Shown here piece after piece: positions 39,057 through 48,539 of a stretch of 64,000 nucleotides of DNA (position 1 is its first letter; every line of letters starts with the position of its first letter). The DNA is from Patescibacteria group bacterium (GTDB lineage: Bacteria > Patescibacteriota > Minisyncoccia > Phycocordibacterales > UBA9973): the NCBI GenBank assembly GCA_040390725.1, contig JAZJXT010000006.1:64367-128366 (forward strand). Direction: 5' to 3'. The position numbers and the translations under genes were made by a program. The notes under the pieces were generated by a model. That model ran no database searches. It was not told the origin of the DNA and saw nothing but the letters and a program-made list of their open reading frames with translations.

Positions 39057-40175
39057 ATGGAAAAAAAAGTAAAAAGTAAAATAATGCAAATTGCTGAAAG
39101 CATATCGAACTGGCTGGAAAATATTTCTTCGCCTTCATTTTCTACAGGCGACAGAGTATTTTTTGCCAAAAGACTTTCTTTTTTGGTTGGATCAGGTCTT
39201 CCTATCTTGGAAAGTTTGCGAATGCTCTCAGAGCAAACCAGATCACGCGGACAAAAGAAAGTTTTTGAAAACGTGATGAGAAACGTGGCAAACGGTGAAG
39301 AGCTTTCAAAAAGCTTAAACCGCTTCCCTAATATTTTCGGCAAATTTGCCATCAATATAATAAGAGTGGGAGAAACTGCCGGCACATTGAATCAAAATTT
39401 AGATTACCTCGCCGAAGAATTAAAAAAAAGACAATTACTTCGCAGAAAAATGGCCAGCACTTTGGTGTATCCTATATTTATCACCGGAGCGACTTTGGCC
39501 ATCACGGCTTTTTTAGTGCTTTATCTTTTCCCGAAAATCATGCCGGTATTTCTGAGTATGAAAATAGCATTACCCTTTTCGACTCGTGTCGTGATGGGTC
39601 TCTCAAACTTTTTACTTCATCACGGCATCAGCTTAATTGTCGGCATCATCGTCATAGTGACGGCTTTAATTGTCACACTTAAATCAAGTGAAAAACTTAA
39701 TTTTTTATTTGACCAATTTTTACTGCGCATGCCTGTCATCGGCAACATAATAAAAGAATACAATATCGCAAATGCCGGCAGAACTCTGGGCTTATTACTA
39801 AAAAGTGGAGTGCAGTTAAATGTTGCCCTTTCTATCACTGCTACAACCACCGAAAATCTAGTCTATAAAAAAGAATGGTACACAATGGAACAAGATACTA
39901 ATCGCGGAGAAAATATTTCCGAGCACTTAAAACATTCTCCAAAACTTTTCTCTGAAATTTTTGGACAAATGATTTCTGTTGGAGAAAAAAGTGGAAATTT
40001 ATCGGACTCATTGATTTACCTTTCTGAGTTTTATGAAAATGAAGTAGATGAATTCTCTAAAGAACTTTCTAGCTTGGTCGAACCAATCTTGATGGTGTTT
40101 ATGGGAGTCATCATCGGATTTATCGCTATCTCCATCATCACGCCGATTTATGATATCACTCAACACTTGCATTAA
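39057..40175 (+). CDS. pilC: type IV pilus inner-membrane platform protein, PilC/GspF family
   Basis: 372 aa; two GspF-like repeats and 3 TM segments; immediately downstream of pilB. Confidence 0.8.
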   Translation: MEKKVKSKIMQIAESISNWLENISSPSFSTGDRVFFAKRLSFLVGSGLPILESLRMLSEQTRSRGQKKVFENVMRNVANGEELSKSLNRFPNIFGKFAINIIRVGETAGTLNQNLDYLAEELKKRQLLRRKMASTLVYPIFITGATLAITAFLVLYLFPKIMPVFLSMKIALPFSTRVVMGLSNFLLHHGISLIVGIIVIVTALIVTLKSSEKLNFLFDQFLLRMPVIGNIIKEYNIANAGRTLGLLLKSGVQLNVALSITATTTENLVYKKEWYTMEQDTNRGENISEHLKHSPKLFSEIFGQMISVGEKSGNLSDSLIYLSEFYENEVDEFSKELSSLVEPILMVFMGVIIGFIAISIITPIYDITQHLH

Positions 40176-40244
40176 AAAAGAAGAGCCTTTTGTCGAAAAA
40201 AATATTCCAACAAAAGGCTCAACAGAGATCAAAATAACTAACTA

Positions 40245-40688
40245 CTAAATAAAATATGGATTTAAATGCCTGGCTAGGAATTCATTGCCTAGCCAGTGCC
40301 AAGCGAGTAGAAAATTTTTACAATTCTCTTCTTCGTCTTCTTGTACCCAAAGACAGGGTACGTAAAGGTTGCCATCGTCATGCATGGATACTGACTTCCA
40401 TGCATATAAAATTTTGTCTCCAAAGAGCTGTAGGAATATATCAGTTCCCTTTTCTTTGATAGCCAAAAGATCTTGTAAGTTTAAACATTTTTTTAGAGCA
40501 TCTATTTTTTTTAACTCTTTAAAAATTGTTTTTCCTTTTACGATCCTGTTTTTATTGTACCAAAAGCCCAGCAAAGACAAATCGTATGTTTCTGGCCCTG
40601 AACATTCCAGCTCTGGGTGTCTAAGCTCTCTTATAAAAAATATATAATCAGGCTTAGTGGAACGGTTAATACTTACGATAAAATTCAT
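40245..40688 (-). CDS. hypothetical protein
   Basis: 147-aa ORF; no recognisable family. Confidence 0.35.
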   Translation of the reverse strand: MNFIVSINRSTKPDYIFFIRELRHPELECSGPETYDLSLLGFWYNKNRIVKGKTIFKELKKIDALKKCLNLQDLLAIKEKGTDIFLQLFGDKILYAWKSVSMHDDGNLYVPCLWVQEDEEENCKNFLLAWHWLGNEFLARHLNPYFI

Positions 40689-40840
40689 AACTTTCGAGTT
40701 AAACTAGACCGAAATTGGTCATAGCTAGAAAATACCCTGTAAGCAAAAGAGGATCTTTTAGCTATAACCAAAATTTTGCAAGTTAAAAATCAAAGGACAA
40801 AAGGGTGCTTCTATAAAAAGACTAATATATATATAGCCGC

Positions 40841-40925
40841 TTGTCAAATTTTCTTGCGGCGCATTCACTAGCTTGGACGGAATGTAATTTAGTAAAAAAA
40901 AATAAAAAAGTGATATAATAAAAAG
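40841..40925 (+). promoter_or_regulatory. conserved promoter/5'UTR cassette, copy A (upstream of the MazF-like gene)
   Basis: ttgtcaaa-N23-cttggacg-gaatgtaatttagtaaaaaaaaataaaaaagTGaTATAATaaa; copy B at 44974-45061 is about 90% identical over the 3' 55 bp; contains an extended -10 (TGnTATAAT). Confidence 0.5.
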
Positions 40926-41339
40926 ATGGAAAAAGACTTTGACAATTGGAATACTCAAAAAAAATTAGTCGAGATAAATAACCGTGAGGTATTCGGCTAT
41001 CCGCGTGAAGTGTGGTGGTGTTCTTTTGGAGTTAATGTTGGCGCCGAAGTTGACGGAAAAAATGAAAATTTTGAACGACCTGTTATAATTATGAGAGTTT
41101 ACAATAAAGAAACTATGCTGGTGTTGCCGACAACAGGAAGAGAAAAGAGGGACAATTACCATATTTCAGTAGAAGTAAATAGTGTAAATGCAAGAACTGG
41201 AGAACATTTCAAGAAAACAGTGTATGTAAAATTAACTCAAGCACGAGTAATAAGCAACAAAAGATTATTAAGAAAAGTTGATGTTATTGGTGAAAAAGAA
41301 TTTGAAATTATTAAAAGTGCTTTTAGAAAATTTACCTAA
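40926..41339 (+). CDS. PemK/MazF-like endoribonuclease toxin (solitary)
   Basis: 137 aa; REVWWCSFGVNVGAEVDGKNENFERPVIIMRV...MLVLPTTGREKR parallels the Kid/MazF motif (GEIWWVDFGxxVGSEQxxRRPVLVVS...VVPLTS). Confidence 0.5.
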   Translation: MEKDFDNWNTQKKLVEINNREVFGYPREVWWCSFGVNVGAEVDGKNENFERPVIIMRVYNKETMLVLPTTGREKRDNYHISVEVNSVNARTGEHFKKTVYVKLTQARVISNKRLLRKVDVIGEKEFEIIKSAFRKFT

Positions 41340-41345
41340 AACATC

Positions 41346-41371
41346 GATACCCCGCATTTCTGCGGGGTATC
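41346..41371. promoter_or_regulatory. GC-rich inverted repeat, terminator hairpin or second CsoR-box-like site
   Basis: GATACCCCGCA-tttc-TGCGGGGTATC (11-bp arms) between the MazF-like stop and the pilin start; shares ATACCCC...GGGGTAT arms with the csoR operator at 14147-14163. Confidence 0.4.
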
Positions 41372-41418
41372 TCGGAGGCCGAAGCCCTAATACATTAAGT
41401 ATATCAAACCACAAACAT

Positions 41419-41895
41419 ATGTCAAATAAAAAAATAAAAAACAAAAAAGGAGGATTTACTTTGATTGAAACCGTAATAGTCCTGGGTGTCATTACAATCG
41501 CAGCGGGGACTTTGATGTTCGTTGATTTGACGAGTTATAATGCTAGCCAATTTCAATCTGCAACAAATAATTTAATTTCTGTTTTACAAACAGCTCGAGC
41601 AAGTTCATTAAACAATGTAGACCAATCCGCGCACGGCGTGGCTATATTCCCTATCGACCACCCGACGAGCTATGTTATTTTTGAAGGTTCAAGTTATTCC
41701 GCAAGATATGCGCCAAAAGACGAAATAATTGATTCCGGTTATGCTGTTGATCTAGGAAATGGTTCCTTAAAAGAAATTGTTTTTGACCAACTAAGCGGAG
41801 ACGTAGATGCAAATGGAAGTATTGTTCTGATAGACCACGTCAGAAAATTAAGTTTCACTATTTCAGTAAACTACGAAGGTAGAATTAGTTGGTAG
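41419..41895 (+). CDS. type IV pilin-like protein (prepilin N-terminus)
   Basis: MSNKKIKNKKGGFTLIETVIVLGVITIAAG carries a prepilin peptidase site (G/FTLIE); the ORF caller's 41278 start is upstream of the palindrome, so start is placed at the Met at 41419. Confidence 0.75.
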   Translation: MSNKKIKNKKGGFTLIETVIVLGVITIAAGTLMFVDLTSYNASQFQSATNNLISVLQTARASSLNNVDQSAHGVAIFPIDHPTSYVIFEGSSYSARYAPKDEIIDSGYAVDLGNGSLKEIVFDQLSGDVDANGSIVLIDHVRKLSFTISVNYEGRISW

Positions 41896-41899
41896 AAAG

Positions 41900-42853
41900 T
41901 TACTTACTTTTTCTGACTAAATTCATTTCATATCTTTGTACCGCGTCAAGTGAAGTTTTCCAATTTCTTCCCTCCTTTACACCTGCAATTTTCCCTGTAC
42001 GAACAAGAAGCCCTAAATACTCCGCATCATATTTTGTTTGTGGAGCAATTTTTGATAAAGATAATAAAGTATTTTCTTTGGTAGAATTTTTTATCGCCTT
42101 TATATATAAATCCAGAGAACGCTCCACTGCCTGAGAAATAAAAAATACAAGATCATCAATTTGACCATTATCCGCTTTTTGCAAAGCTTTGTAATATTTT
42201 ATTCTGTCATTTTTAAGTATGACAACAATCGGATAACCTTCTTTCATTAAAAGAATATTTAAAAGGAGCCTGCTTGCTCGCCCGTTGCCATCACCAAAAG
42301 GATGAATATGGACAAAACGATGTTTAAATTCTGTCGCCAAAGTAATAATATCCGAAGTATCTTTATTTTTTCTGTACCAATTCATTAAATCTCTCATTTG
42401 GTGCGGCACATCAAATGCGGGTGTTGGCATATGCTTGCTTCCGGCAATTCGCACATCATATGTTCGATAAGACCCGGCGTCTACACCGTCAATATTTTGC
42501 ACGATCAGATTATGTAAATTTCTTATAAGCATCTCAGAAAGTGGGATATTTTTTTTACTATCAACCACATCATATAAATAGTCTATGGCTTTTGCTTGAT
42601 TTTTAACCTCCAAATGATCTTTGAGCGGTTTGCCTTTTATGGTAATGCCTTGTTGTAATACGAGCATCGTTTCTCGCAATGTAAGAGTATTCCCCTCTAT
42701 TGCATTTGAATTATAATTCATTTCAATAGAAAATTGTTCACGAAGTTTTTTAACCAAATACGGCGGAAAAGGACGCGCTTTTTTTAGCACAGTTAATTTT
42801 TCAGCTATTCTTTTTAAAATAAGTGTATTTTTCATAAATACCATATTATCCAT
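41900..42853 (-). CDS. Fic/DOC-family protein (AMPylation/filamentation domain)
   Basis: Fic motif HPFGDGNGRASRLL; 317 aa. Confidence 0.85.
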   Translation of the reverse strand: MDNMVFMKNTLILKRIAEKLTVLKKARPFPPYLVKKLREQFSIEMNYNSNAIEGNTLTLRETMLVLQQGITIKGKPLKDHLEVKNQAKAIDYLYDVVDSKKNIPLSEMLIRNLHNLIVQNIDGVDAGSYRTYDVRIAGSKHMPTPAFDVPHQMRDLMNWYRKNKDTSDIITLATEFKHRFVHIHPFGDGNGRASRLLLNILLMKEGYPIVVILKNDRIKYYKALQKADNGQIDDLVFFISQAVERSLDLYIKAIKNSTKENTLLSLSKIAPQTKYDAEYLGLLVRTGKIAGVKEGRNWKTSLDAVQRYEMNLVRKSK

Positions 42854-42976
42854 TAATATCGGATAACTTCATTTAGTATACTATCCGATATTAAGAAAAG
42901 CAAGTAAAAAACTATAAAGCATACCCCCGAACTAAATTGTAATGAATTTTTAGCGCAGGGATGTTATAATAAATGT

Positions 42977-44506
42977 GTGAAAAAAGGTTTTGAAATAAAA
43001 AATAAAAACGTAGCTTGCCCCGCGAAGCTGAAGCGTAGTGGGGGTTTTAGCACTCTCGAGATTATGATTTCTTTTGCCGTGATGGCGGTGGTTTTAACCG
43101 GCGTGGTCTTGGCGAATTTCGGTGCGCAGTATTGGACTATCGCTTCGCAGACTTCCAATGAGGCACTTTATAAAGCAAAAATAAATTTAGAGACTTTAAA
43201 ATCAACTGCCAAACAAAACTTTTTTAATGCTGTCTCTTCTCCTTCTACTCCTGACAATGATACATCGTGTCAGAGCGGAGGGCTTTGTTATAATTTAGAA
43301 AATGCTATTACGGATATTTCTTCTTGCGTAAAATACGCGCAGGTCAATGTGGCCTGGCAAGTTCCCCGCTACCCGCAAATGAAAACTTCCCTTTTTACTT
43401 ATTTAACAAATCCTTCCGAGACAGTGGCACAAGGCGGAGATTGCTTGCTGGCTTGGTTTTCAGAAAATTGGTTGAATCCGAACTATATACATCAATACAG
43501 TATGACAGGAACTCCAACATCGCTCGATACATTAAATGGAACTTCATATATAGGAGAAAGTACTGCGCCGTATTTTGAGGCAACTGATTCAAACGGACCC
43601 ATTTCTTTTAATAATGGATTTACCGGAAGCGCACCTATCAATGCGATAGATGTCGCTCGCGATGAATCAACAGGTAGAACTTATGCGTACGCCGCAGCTT
43701 CCGACCCGACAGAATTGGAAACAATAGATATCACAGACCCGACAAATCCCGCTTTCGTTCCAGGAGGTTCTTATAGTCCACTCGACCCTATCACCAACCA
43801 ACCAATTTTTACAGATGCTGATTCCGGCTGGCGCATAGCATACTACGGACAAAAAATTTACATAGTAACTAAATCAACTTCTCCTCAACTTCATATTTTT
43901 GATGTGAGCAATCCTCTCAGCCCGCAAGAAATAGGCACTGGCACTGCTCTCACCGGGGCTCCAAAAGTTTACGGTATAATAGTGCGCGACCAACAATCAA
44001 GCAACAGCTCATGCCCAAACAATCTTTGTCGTTTTATTTATTTGGCTGAAGAAGGCGGAACAGTAGAGATATTAAATGCCAGTCCTGCAAACAATAGCGT
44101 CACAAGTGTTGCGACGATAAATTTGCCGAATGCTTGCGGAGACGCTCGCTCATTAGCATTACTAGGCAATGTTCTATATGTAGGAGGTATGGGCACTAGT
44201 TGCAATAATTTATTTGCGCTAAATATTGCTGATCCATACACAAGTGTGCCTATCTTGTCTTCCAAGATAGTCGGAAACAATATCGTAAATATAAAAGCCA
44301 CTGCGCCATTTCTATTTTTAGAAACTACTAATTCCATAACTCCGCCAGACTCCGGACTCGACCTAGACGGTGGTCAAGCATACCTCACCAATAACAATAA
44401 TTCTGATTTACAAATCTGGAATTCTGACACAACAAACATGACAAAACTTTCAAGTGTAAATATTTCCGGCGGAACTAATTTTCAAGTAATTTATAGTTCA
44501 AATTAA
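42977..44506 (+). CDS. large pilin-like / pseudopilin protein with beta-rich C-terminal domain
   Basis: N-terminal KRSGGFSTLEIMISFAVMAVVLTGVVLA prepilin-type motif followed by about 480 aa of Asn/Thr/Ser-rich sequence. Confidence 0.6.
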   Translation: MKKGFEIKNKNVACPAKLKRSGGFSTLEIMISFAVMAVVLTGVVLANFGAQYWTIASQTSNEALYKAKINLETLKSTAKQNFFNAVSSPSTPDNDTSCQSGGLCYNLENAITDISSCVKYAQVNVAWQVPRYPQMKTSLFTYLTNPSETVAQGGDCLLAWFSENWLNPNYIHQYSMTGTPTSLDTLNGTSYIGESTAPYFEATDSNGPISFNNGFTGSAPINAIDVARDESTGRTYAYAAASDPTELETIDITDPTNPAFVPGGSYSPLDPITNQPIFTDADSGWRIAYYGQKIYIVTKSTSPQLHIFDVSNPLSPQEIGTGTALTGAPKVYGIIVRDQQSSNSSCPNNLCRFIYLAEEGGTVEILNASPANNSVTSVATINLPNACGDARSLALLGNVLYVGGMGTSCNNLFALNIADPYTSVPILSSKIVGNNIVNIKATAPFLFLETTNSITPPDSGLDLDGGQAYLTNNNNSDLQIWNSDTTNMTKLSSVNISGGTNFQVIYSSN

Positions 44507-44564
44507 AATTGACAAAAATAAAAGCCAGAATAATTATCCTGGCTTTTTAAAATCTAATACTCCA

Positions 44565-44906
44565 CTACTCTGCCTTTTCAAAAAGATCAAAAGAAGTCAT
44601 AAAGGAGCAAGAAGAACCGTCCCCCTTAACATTCAAGCTAAAACCCAAATAATATTCTTCACTATCGGACCAAGGAGAAACCATAAGTATTTCTTTTCTT
44701 GAACTTTTTGTTTTTGGGTCAATAAGAGTTGCAACAAGATACTGGTCCTTATTAGGCTTTAAAACAGGTCGTTCTTTAAACTCAAGGAAAAGAACATCCT
44801 CTCCCTTAAAATCAATACAATGATAAAAAGAATCTGCTAAGCCTGGAACCAAAACATTTTGATTCATTGGAACACTAAAGCGTATTCCTATTATTTTTAC
44901 TTTCAT
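44565..44906 (-). CDS. hypothetical protein
   Basis: 113-aa ORF; no family recognised. Confidence 0.35.
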   Translation of the reverse strand: MKVKIIGIRFSVPMNQNVLVPGLADSFYHCIDFKGEDVLFLEFKERPVLKPNKDQYLVATLIDPKTKSSRKEILMVSPWSDSEEYYLGFSLNVKGDGSSCSFMTSFDLFEKAE

Positions 44907-44973
44907 AAACTTAAAATTTAATTACATGATTCAAACAACTTTTACTAAATTTAGTATATATACATATCGGTAT

Positions 44974-45061
44974 TTGTCAAACCCAACGTATTGGTTCAAT
45001 AACTTGGACGAAGTATAATTTAGTAAAGAAAAAAATAAAAAAATGATATAATAAATACCTT
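44974..45061 (+). promoter_or_regulatory. conserved promoter/5'UTR cassette, copy B (upstream of the NYN gene)
   Basis: ttgtcaaa-N21-cttggacg-aagtataatttagtaaagaaaaaaataaaaaaaTGaTATAATaaa; see copy A at 40841-40925. Confidence 0.5.
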
Positions 45062-45766
45062 ATGGAAATTTCTCAAGAAATTTTAAATAAATTTATAGTC
45101 AGGGAAGACTATTTGGAGTGGGTTAATAAAGAGACGTCCATAATTGTTTATTTAGATTTGACCAATATGTTTCATTGGCAAGATGTTTTAGGTTGGAAAT
45201 TTAGAATTGAGGATGTCATAGGACAGCTTTTTAGTTTCCGAAACATAAAGGAAGTAAAAGTTTATTACGGATTAAACGGAAGAGATATAAATAACTCCGA
45301 AGCGTTTCATAATCGAATAAAAAAGTCCGGTGCTATTCTTAAAACCAAGCCTATGAAATTTATTCAAAAGAATATAAATCAAGGTATGTTTTTTCAGCGT
45401 CGCACACTCACTTTGTTTGATGACGGGGTAAAGGGTAAAATTAACGAACTTATAAATGAATTAAATAAATCAGAAATAATTATTGAAGAACCAAAATGTA
45501 ATTTCGATGTTGAGATGGCAATGGATATGTTAGATGATGCGGATAAGGTGACGGCAGTTATTCTTTTTTCAGGAGATTCAGACATGCGAGAACCATTGGA
45601 AAGATTAAAAGTAAAAGGTAAAAATATCGGCATAGTGGGTGTGCGTGGAAAGGTCGCCAATGAATTACATGTCATTAAAAATAAATATCTTGATTTCGGT
45701 AAGTTTTATACCGGCAAAAGAGTCTATATAAAAAGCGAAAATCCCGCTTTTGGCGGGACCGCGTGA
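45062..45766 (+). CDS. NYN-domain (LabA-like PIN-related) protein
   Basis: IIVYLDLTNMFH...DVEMAMDMLDDADKVTAVILFSGDSDMREPLERLKVKGKNIGIVG matches the NYN/DUF88 pattern of acidic residues. Confidence 0.6.
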   Translation: MEISQEILNKFIVREDYLEWVNKETSIIVYLDLTNMFHWQDVLGWKFRIEDVIGQLFSFRNIKEVKVYYGLNGRDINNSEAFHNRIKKSGAILKTKPMKFIQKNINQGMFFQRRTLTLFDDGVKGKINELINELNKSEIIIEEPKCNFDVEMAMDMLDDADKVTAVILFSGDSDMREPLERLKVKGKNIGIVGVRGKVANELHVIKNKYLDFGKFYTGKRVYIKSENPAFGGTA

Positions 45767-45862
45767 TTAGTAGGATTACTCCTACATTTGGTAGTATAGC
45801 AAAAAAACGTAAAAAGTCAAAAGTTATCCACAAGTGATATAATAAAGGTATAAAAAATTAAA

Positions 45863-46327
45863 ATGAAAAAAAATAACAGACACAATAGAGGTTTTACATT
45901 AATGGAAACGATTATTTATATCGCGCTTTTTGGATTGTTGATGACTGGCACAGTTATCGCAGCTTATAATTTATTGGATAGCGGAGCACGAAATGAAAAA
46001 GCTGTTTCTGTCCAAGAAGAAGGCACATTTTTAAATAGAAAAATAAATTGGGCATTGTTAGGGGCGACAGCCATGGCTACTCCAGACGAAAGTACTCTTT
46101 CTATAACTCGACCAGACTTGGGTGCAAATAATCCTGTTGTTATCCATGAAAATGGTGCAGACATAACTATGACGCGAGGAACCGGTCCCACTACTACATT
46201 AAATAGCGGAGCTTACCCTGTCACCAATATGACATTTCTCATTGGACACTCCGGCAATGCGACTTCTGTCACTGTCACCTACAATGTAGAAAGCACACCA
46301 TTTATTTTTAAATCATATTTACGTTAA
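45863..46327 (+). CDS. type IV pilin-like protein
   Basis: NRHNRGFTLMETIIYIALFGLLMTG prepilin motif; 154 aa; preceded by the partial cassette -10 (agtgatataataaa). Confidence 0.75.
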   Translation: MKKNNRHNRGFTLMETIIYIALFGLLMTGTVIAAYNLLDSGARNEKAVSVQEEGTFLNRKINWALLGATAMATPDESTLSITRPDLGANNPVVIHENGADITMTRGTGPTTTLNSGAYPVTNMTFLIGHSGNATSVTVTYNVESTPFIFKSYLR

Positions 46328-46366
46328 AATGTAGTAAAATATACTAAAGCATTTTAAAAAAAATTA

Positions 46367-48532
46367 ATGCAAAATTTTAGAAAACAAAAGAATAAAAAAA
46401 ACCAGCAAGGATTCATCGCGCTCTTGGCCACAGTCATCATCGGACTTACTCTTTTATCTATGGTCGCGCGTGAAGGTTATGCCGGATGGCACGCGCGTTT
46501 TAATGTCTTGGGAACAGAATCAAAAGAACAAGCGACAGCCCTAGCAGACGGATGTATTGATGAAGCTTTGCTTTCACTCTTGGGTGGTTTCCCTTATCAA
46601 GCCGGCACGACTATTGCTTCACCGATTGGTGACTGTAAAATTTTCCCGATAGACACGGCTACTTCCGGCTATGCTACTTTAAAAGCGCAATCACAAGTAA
46701 ATGATTCATATTCAAATATCTCTGTGGCAATAAATACAAATGACGTTCACTTGGGCTCTATTCCTTCCAATCCAAACTCCGGTACTTTAATAATTCAAAC
46801 ATTGATGGGTAGCGGCGTCAGCACAAAAAATCCCAGCGATTTTACGATGCGCGTATCAGGAATTTCTCCTTCCAAAACTTCTTTTGCCGGATCGGCTGCA
46901 GGCATAGTGGTATATGTATCACCAGGATCCTATAGCATTACCGAAGATGCACTTTCCGGATACAAAGAAAATGGCACAATTGACTGTGCGGGCACAGTCA
47001 GCGGAGGAGACATAAAATCCTGCACTTTTACAAATACTCCCGTCACCACAACTTTCACTCTAGTCGCAAACGTTACAAATAAATATAATGGTTCCTTAAA
47101 ACCTTCCAACTTTCCTCTTTTAATTGATGGCACTCAAGTTGTTTTAGGAAAAGCAAACACTGTCACCACTGGCGCTCACACTGCAAGCATCAGCCAAAGT
47201 TTTCTTACTCAATACAAATACAATGCTTCGACTTGGGGGTATGATTGTGCCAAAACAACATATCCAGATGGGACAAAAGGAACAGTCACTTTAAATACCG
47301 GAGACAACCTGACTTGCGTAGTAAATATTTATGACAACCCCCCGCCGGCACCTGTCTGTGCCAACACAATGATAATGATAGACCGCACCGGCAGTATGGC
47401 TACTATTAATGGCAGTCTTGTGGACTTGCAAAATGCCGGAGTGGCTGCAAGTAGCCTAAAGGATCTTTATGCTTCAGTTAATCCAAACCTTCCAAGACCA
47501 TACCTGGGTATCGGTTCAAATGGTGGACTCGGAATAATAGATAGTTCAACAGCTTCTGTACCAAATAATTCCCCTGCAGGTATAAGAGGATTTTTAACCA
47601 CTACTTATGGCGACCTAGCCAACGCTATAAGTGAAATGGTAAAAGATACCAGCTGCAACAACTCCGGAGGCTCAGGAGGAGATGGTTGCACTAATCTTAG
47701 TTCGGCTATAAATGTGGCTGCAAGTGAACTAAATAATCCTGTATTGGGACCAGGTATCCTTTCCGCAAATGGCAAAGCCAAACAAAAAGTTTTAATTTTA
47801 CTTTCTGATGGTTACACCACGATACCTACCGGAAATTCTACAGAAGAAACTGTTTTTCTTTCTCCAACTAGTAATACAAATGATTCTACCGGTACCAACT
47901 TTGTTAATCCAACAAATGCTTATACAAATACTGATGCCGGAGCATCAGCTTCCGGTGTAATGGGTTCAGGAAATACCAGACAACGATATTCTAATTTTAA
48001 TTTATCTTATCCGACAGACGCTACAAGTCTTTCCGGGATAGAAGTGGATGTAGATGCGAGAGCAGTGAGTACGACTAGCTCTGTGACTACAAACCCGAAT
48101 GGCCTCGGCAATTTTACTACTTGGTCAGTGACCGGCACATCAAATAAAACTACAGCTGTCTCTGATGCTAGTAATGCAACTTTTGTAAATAAAACTTTCA
48201 GCGCGCAAACTTTCTCTGTGGCTGGTGCCGGTGTCCCATCAGATGCAAGTATTATTTCCGTCACTGTAAATGTAGTCGCTGCAGAAAATAATGGCGATGC
48301 GAGCATTCAAATGATGGAAGAAAATGGCTCAGCGCAAGCACTAGAAGGCACAGTTCATAATTTGGCAAATACATTTACGACTTATAGCTGGACCACTACG
48401 ACGAATGCATCCGGCGGAGCTTGGACAGCATCAGAAGTAAATAATTGGACGAATAAATTCGGAGTTTATCAATCCAGCGCCGGAGGTGTAGCATTGGTTT
48501 CAAAATTATACGTAACCGTCAACTACCATTAA
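46367..48532 (+). CDS. pilin-like protein with von Willebrand factor A domain (pilus-associated adhesin)
   Basis: N-terminal QQGFIALLATVIIGLTLL pilin-like hydrophobic segment; vWA MIDAS motif MIMIDRTGSM...LLSDG; C-terminal domain shared with the giant protein (EVNNWTNKFGVYQS). Confidence 0.65.
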   Translation: MQNFRKQKNKKNQQGFIALLATVIIGLTLLSMVAREGYAGWHARFNVLGTESKEQATALADGCIDEALLSLLGGFPYQAGTTIASPIGDCKIFPIDTATSGYATLKAQSQVNDSYSNISVAINTNDVHLGSIPSNPNSGTLIIQTLMGSGVSTKNPSDFTMRVSGISPSKTSFAGSAAGIVVYVSPGSYSITEDALSGYKENGTIDCAGTVSGGDIKSCTFTNTPVTTTFTLVANVTNKYNGSLKPSNFPLLIDGTQVVLGKANTVTTGAHTASISQSFLTQYKYNASTWGYDCAKTTYPDGTKGTVTLNTGDNLTCVVNIYDNPPPAPVCANTMIMIDRTGSMATINGSLVDLQNAGVAASSLKDLYASVNPNLPRPYLGIGSNGGLGIIDSSTASVPNNSPAGIRGFLTTTYGDLANAISEMVKDTSCNNSGGSGGDGCTNLSSAINVAASELNNPVLGPGILSANGKAKQKVLILLSDGYTTIPTGNSTEETVFLSPTSNTNDSTGTNFVNPTNAYTNTDAGASASGVMGSGNTRQRYSNFNLSYPTDATSLSGIEVDVDARAVSTTSSVTTNPNGLGNFTTWSVTGTSNKTTAVSDASNATFVNKTFSAQTFSVAGAGVPSDASIISVTVNVVAAENNGDASIQMMEENGSAQALEGTVHNLANTFTTYSWTTTTNASGGAWTASEVNNWTNKFGVYQSSAGGVALVSKLYVTVNYH

Positions 48533-48539
48533 AATTAAA

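Noticed and set aside
38584-39089. Two minus-strand ORFs (142 and 104 aa) within pilB
   Set aside because: Antisense to a gene with unambiguous GspE/PilB motifs.
40758-40958. 66-aa minus-strand ORF
   Set aside because: Overlaps the conserved promoter cassette and the start of the MazF-like gene; hydrophobic low-complexity translation.
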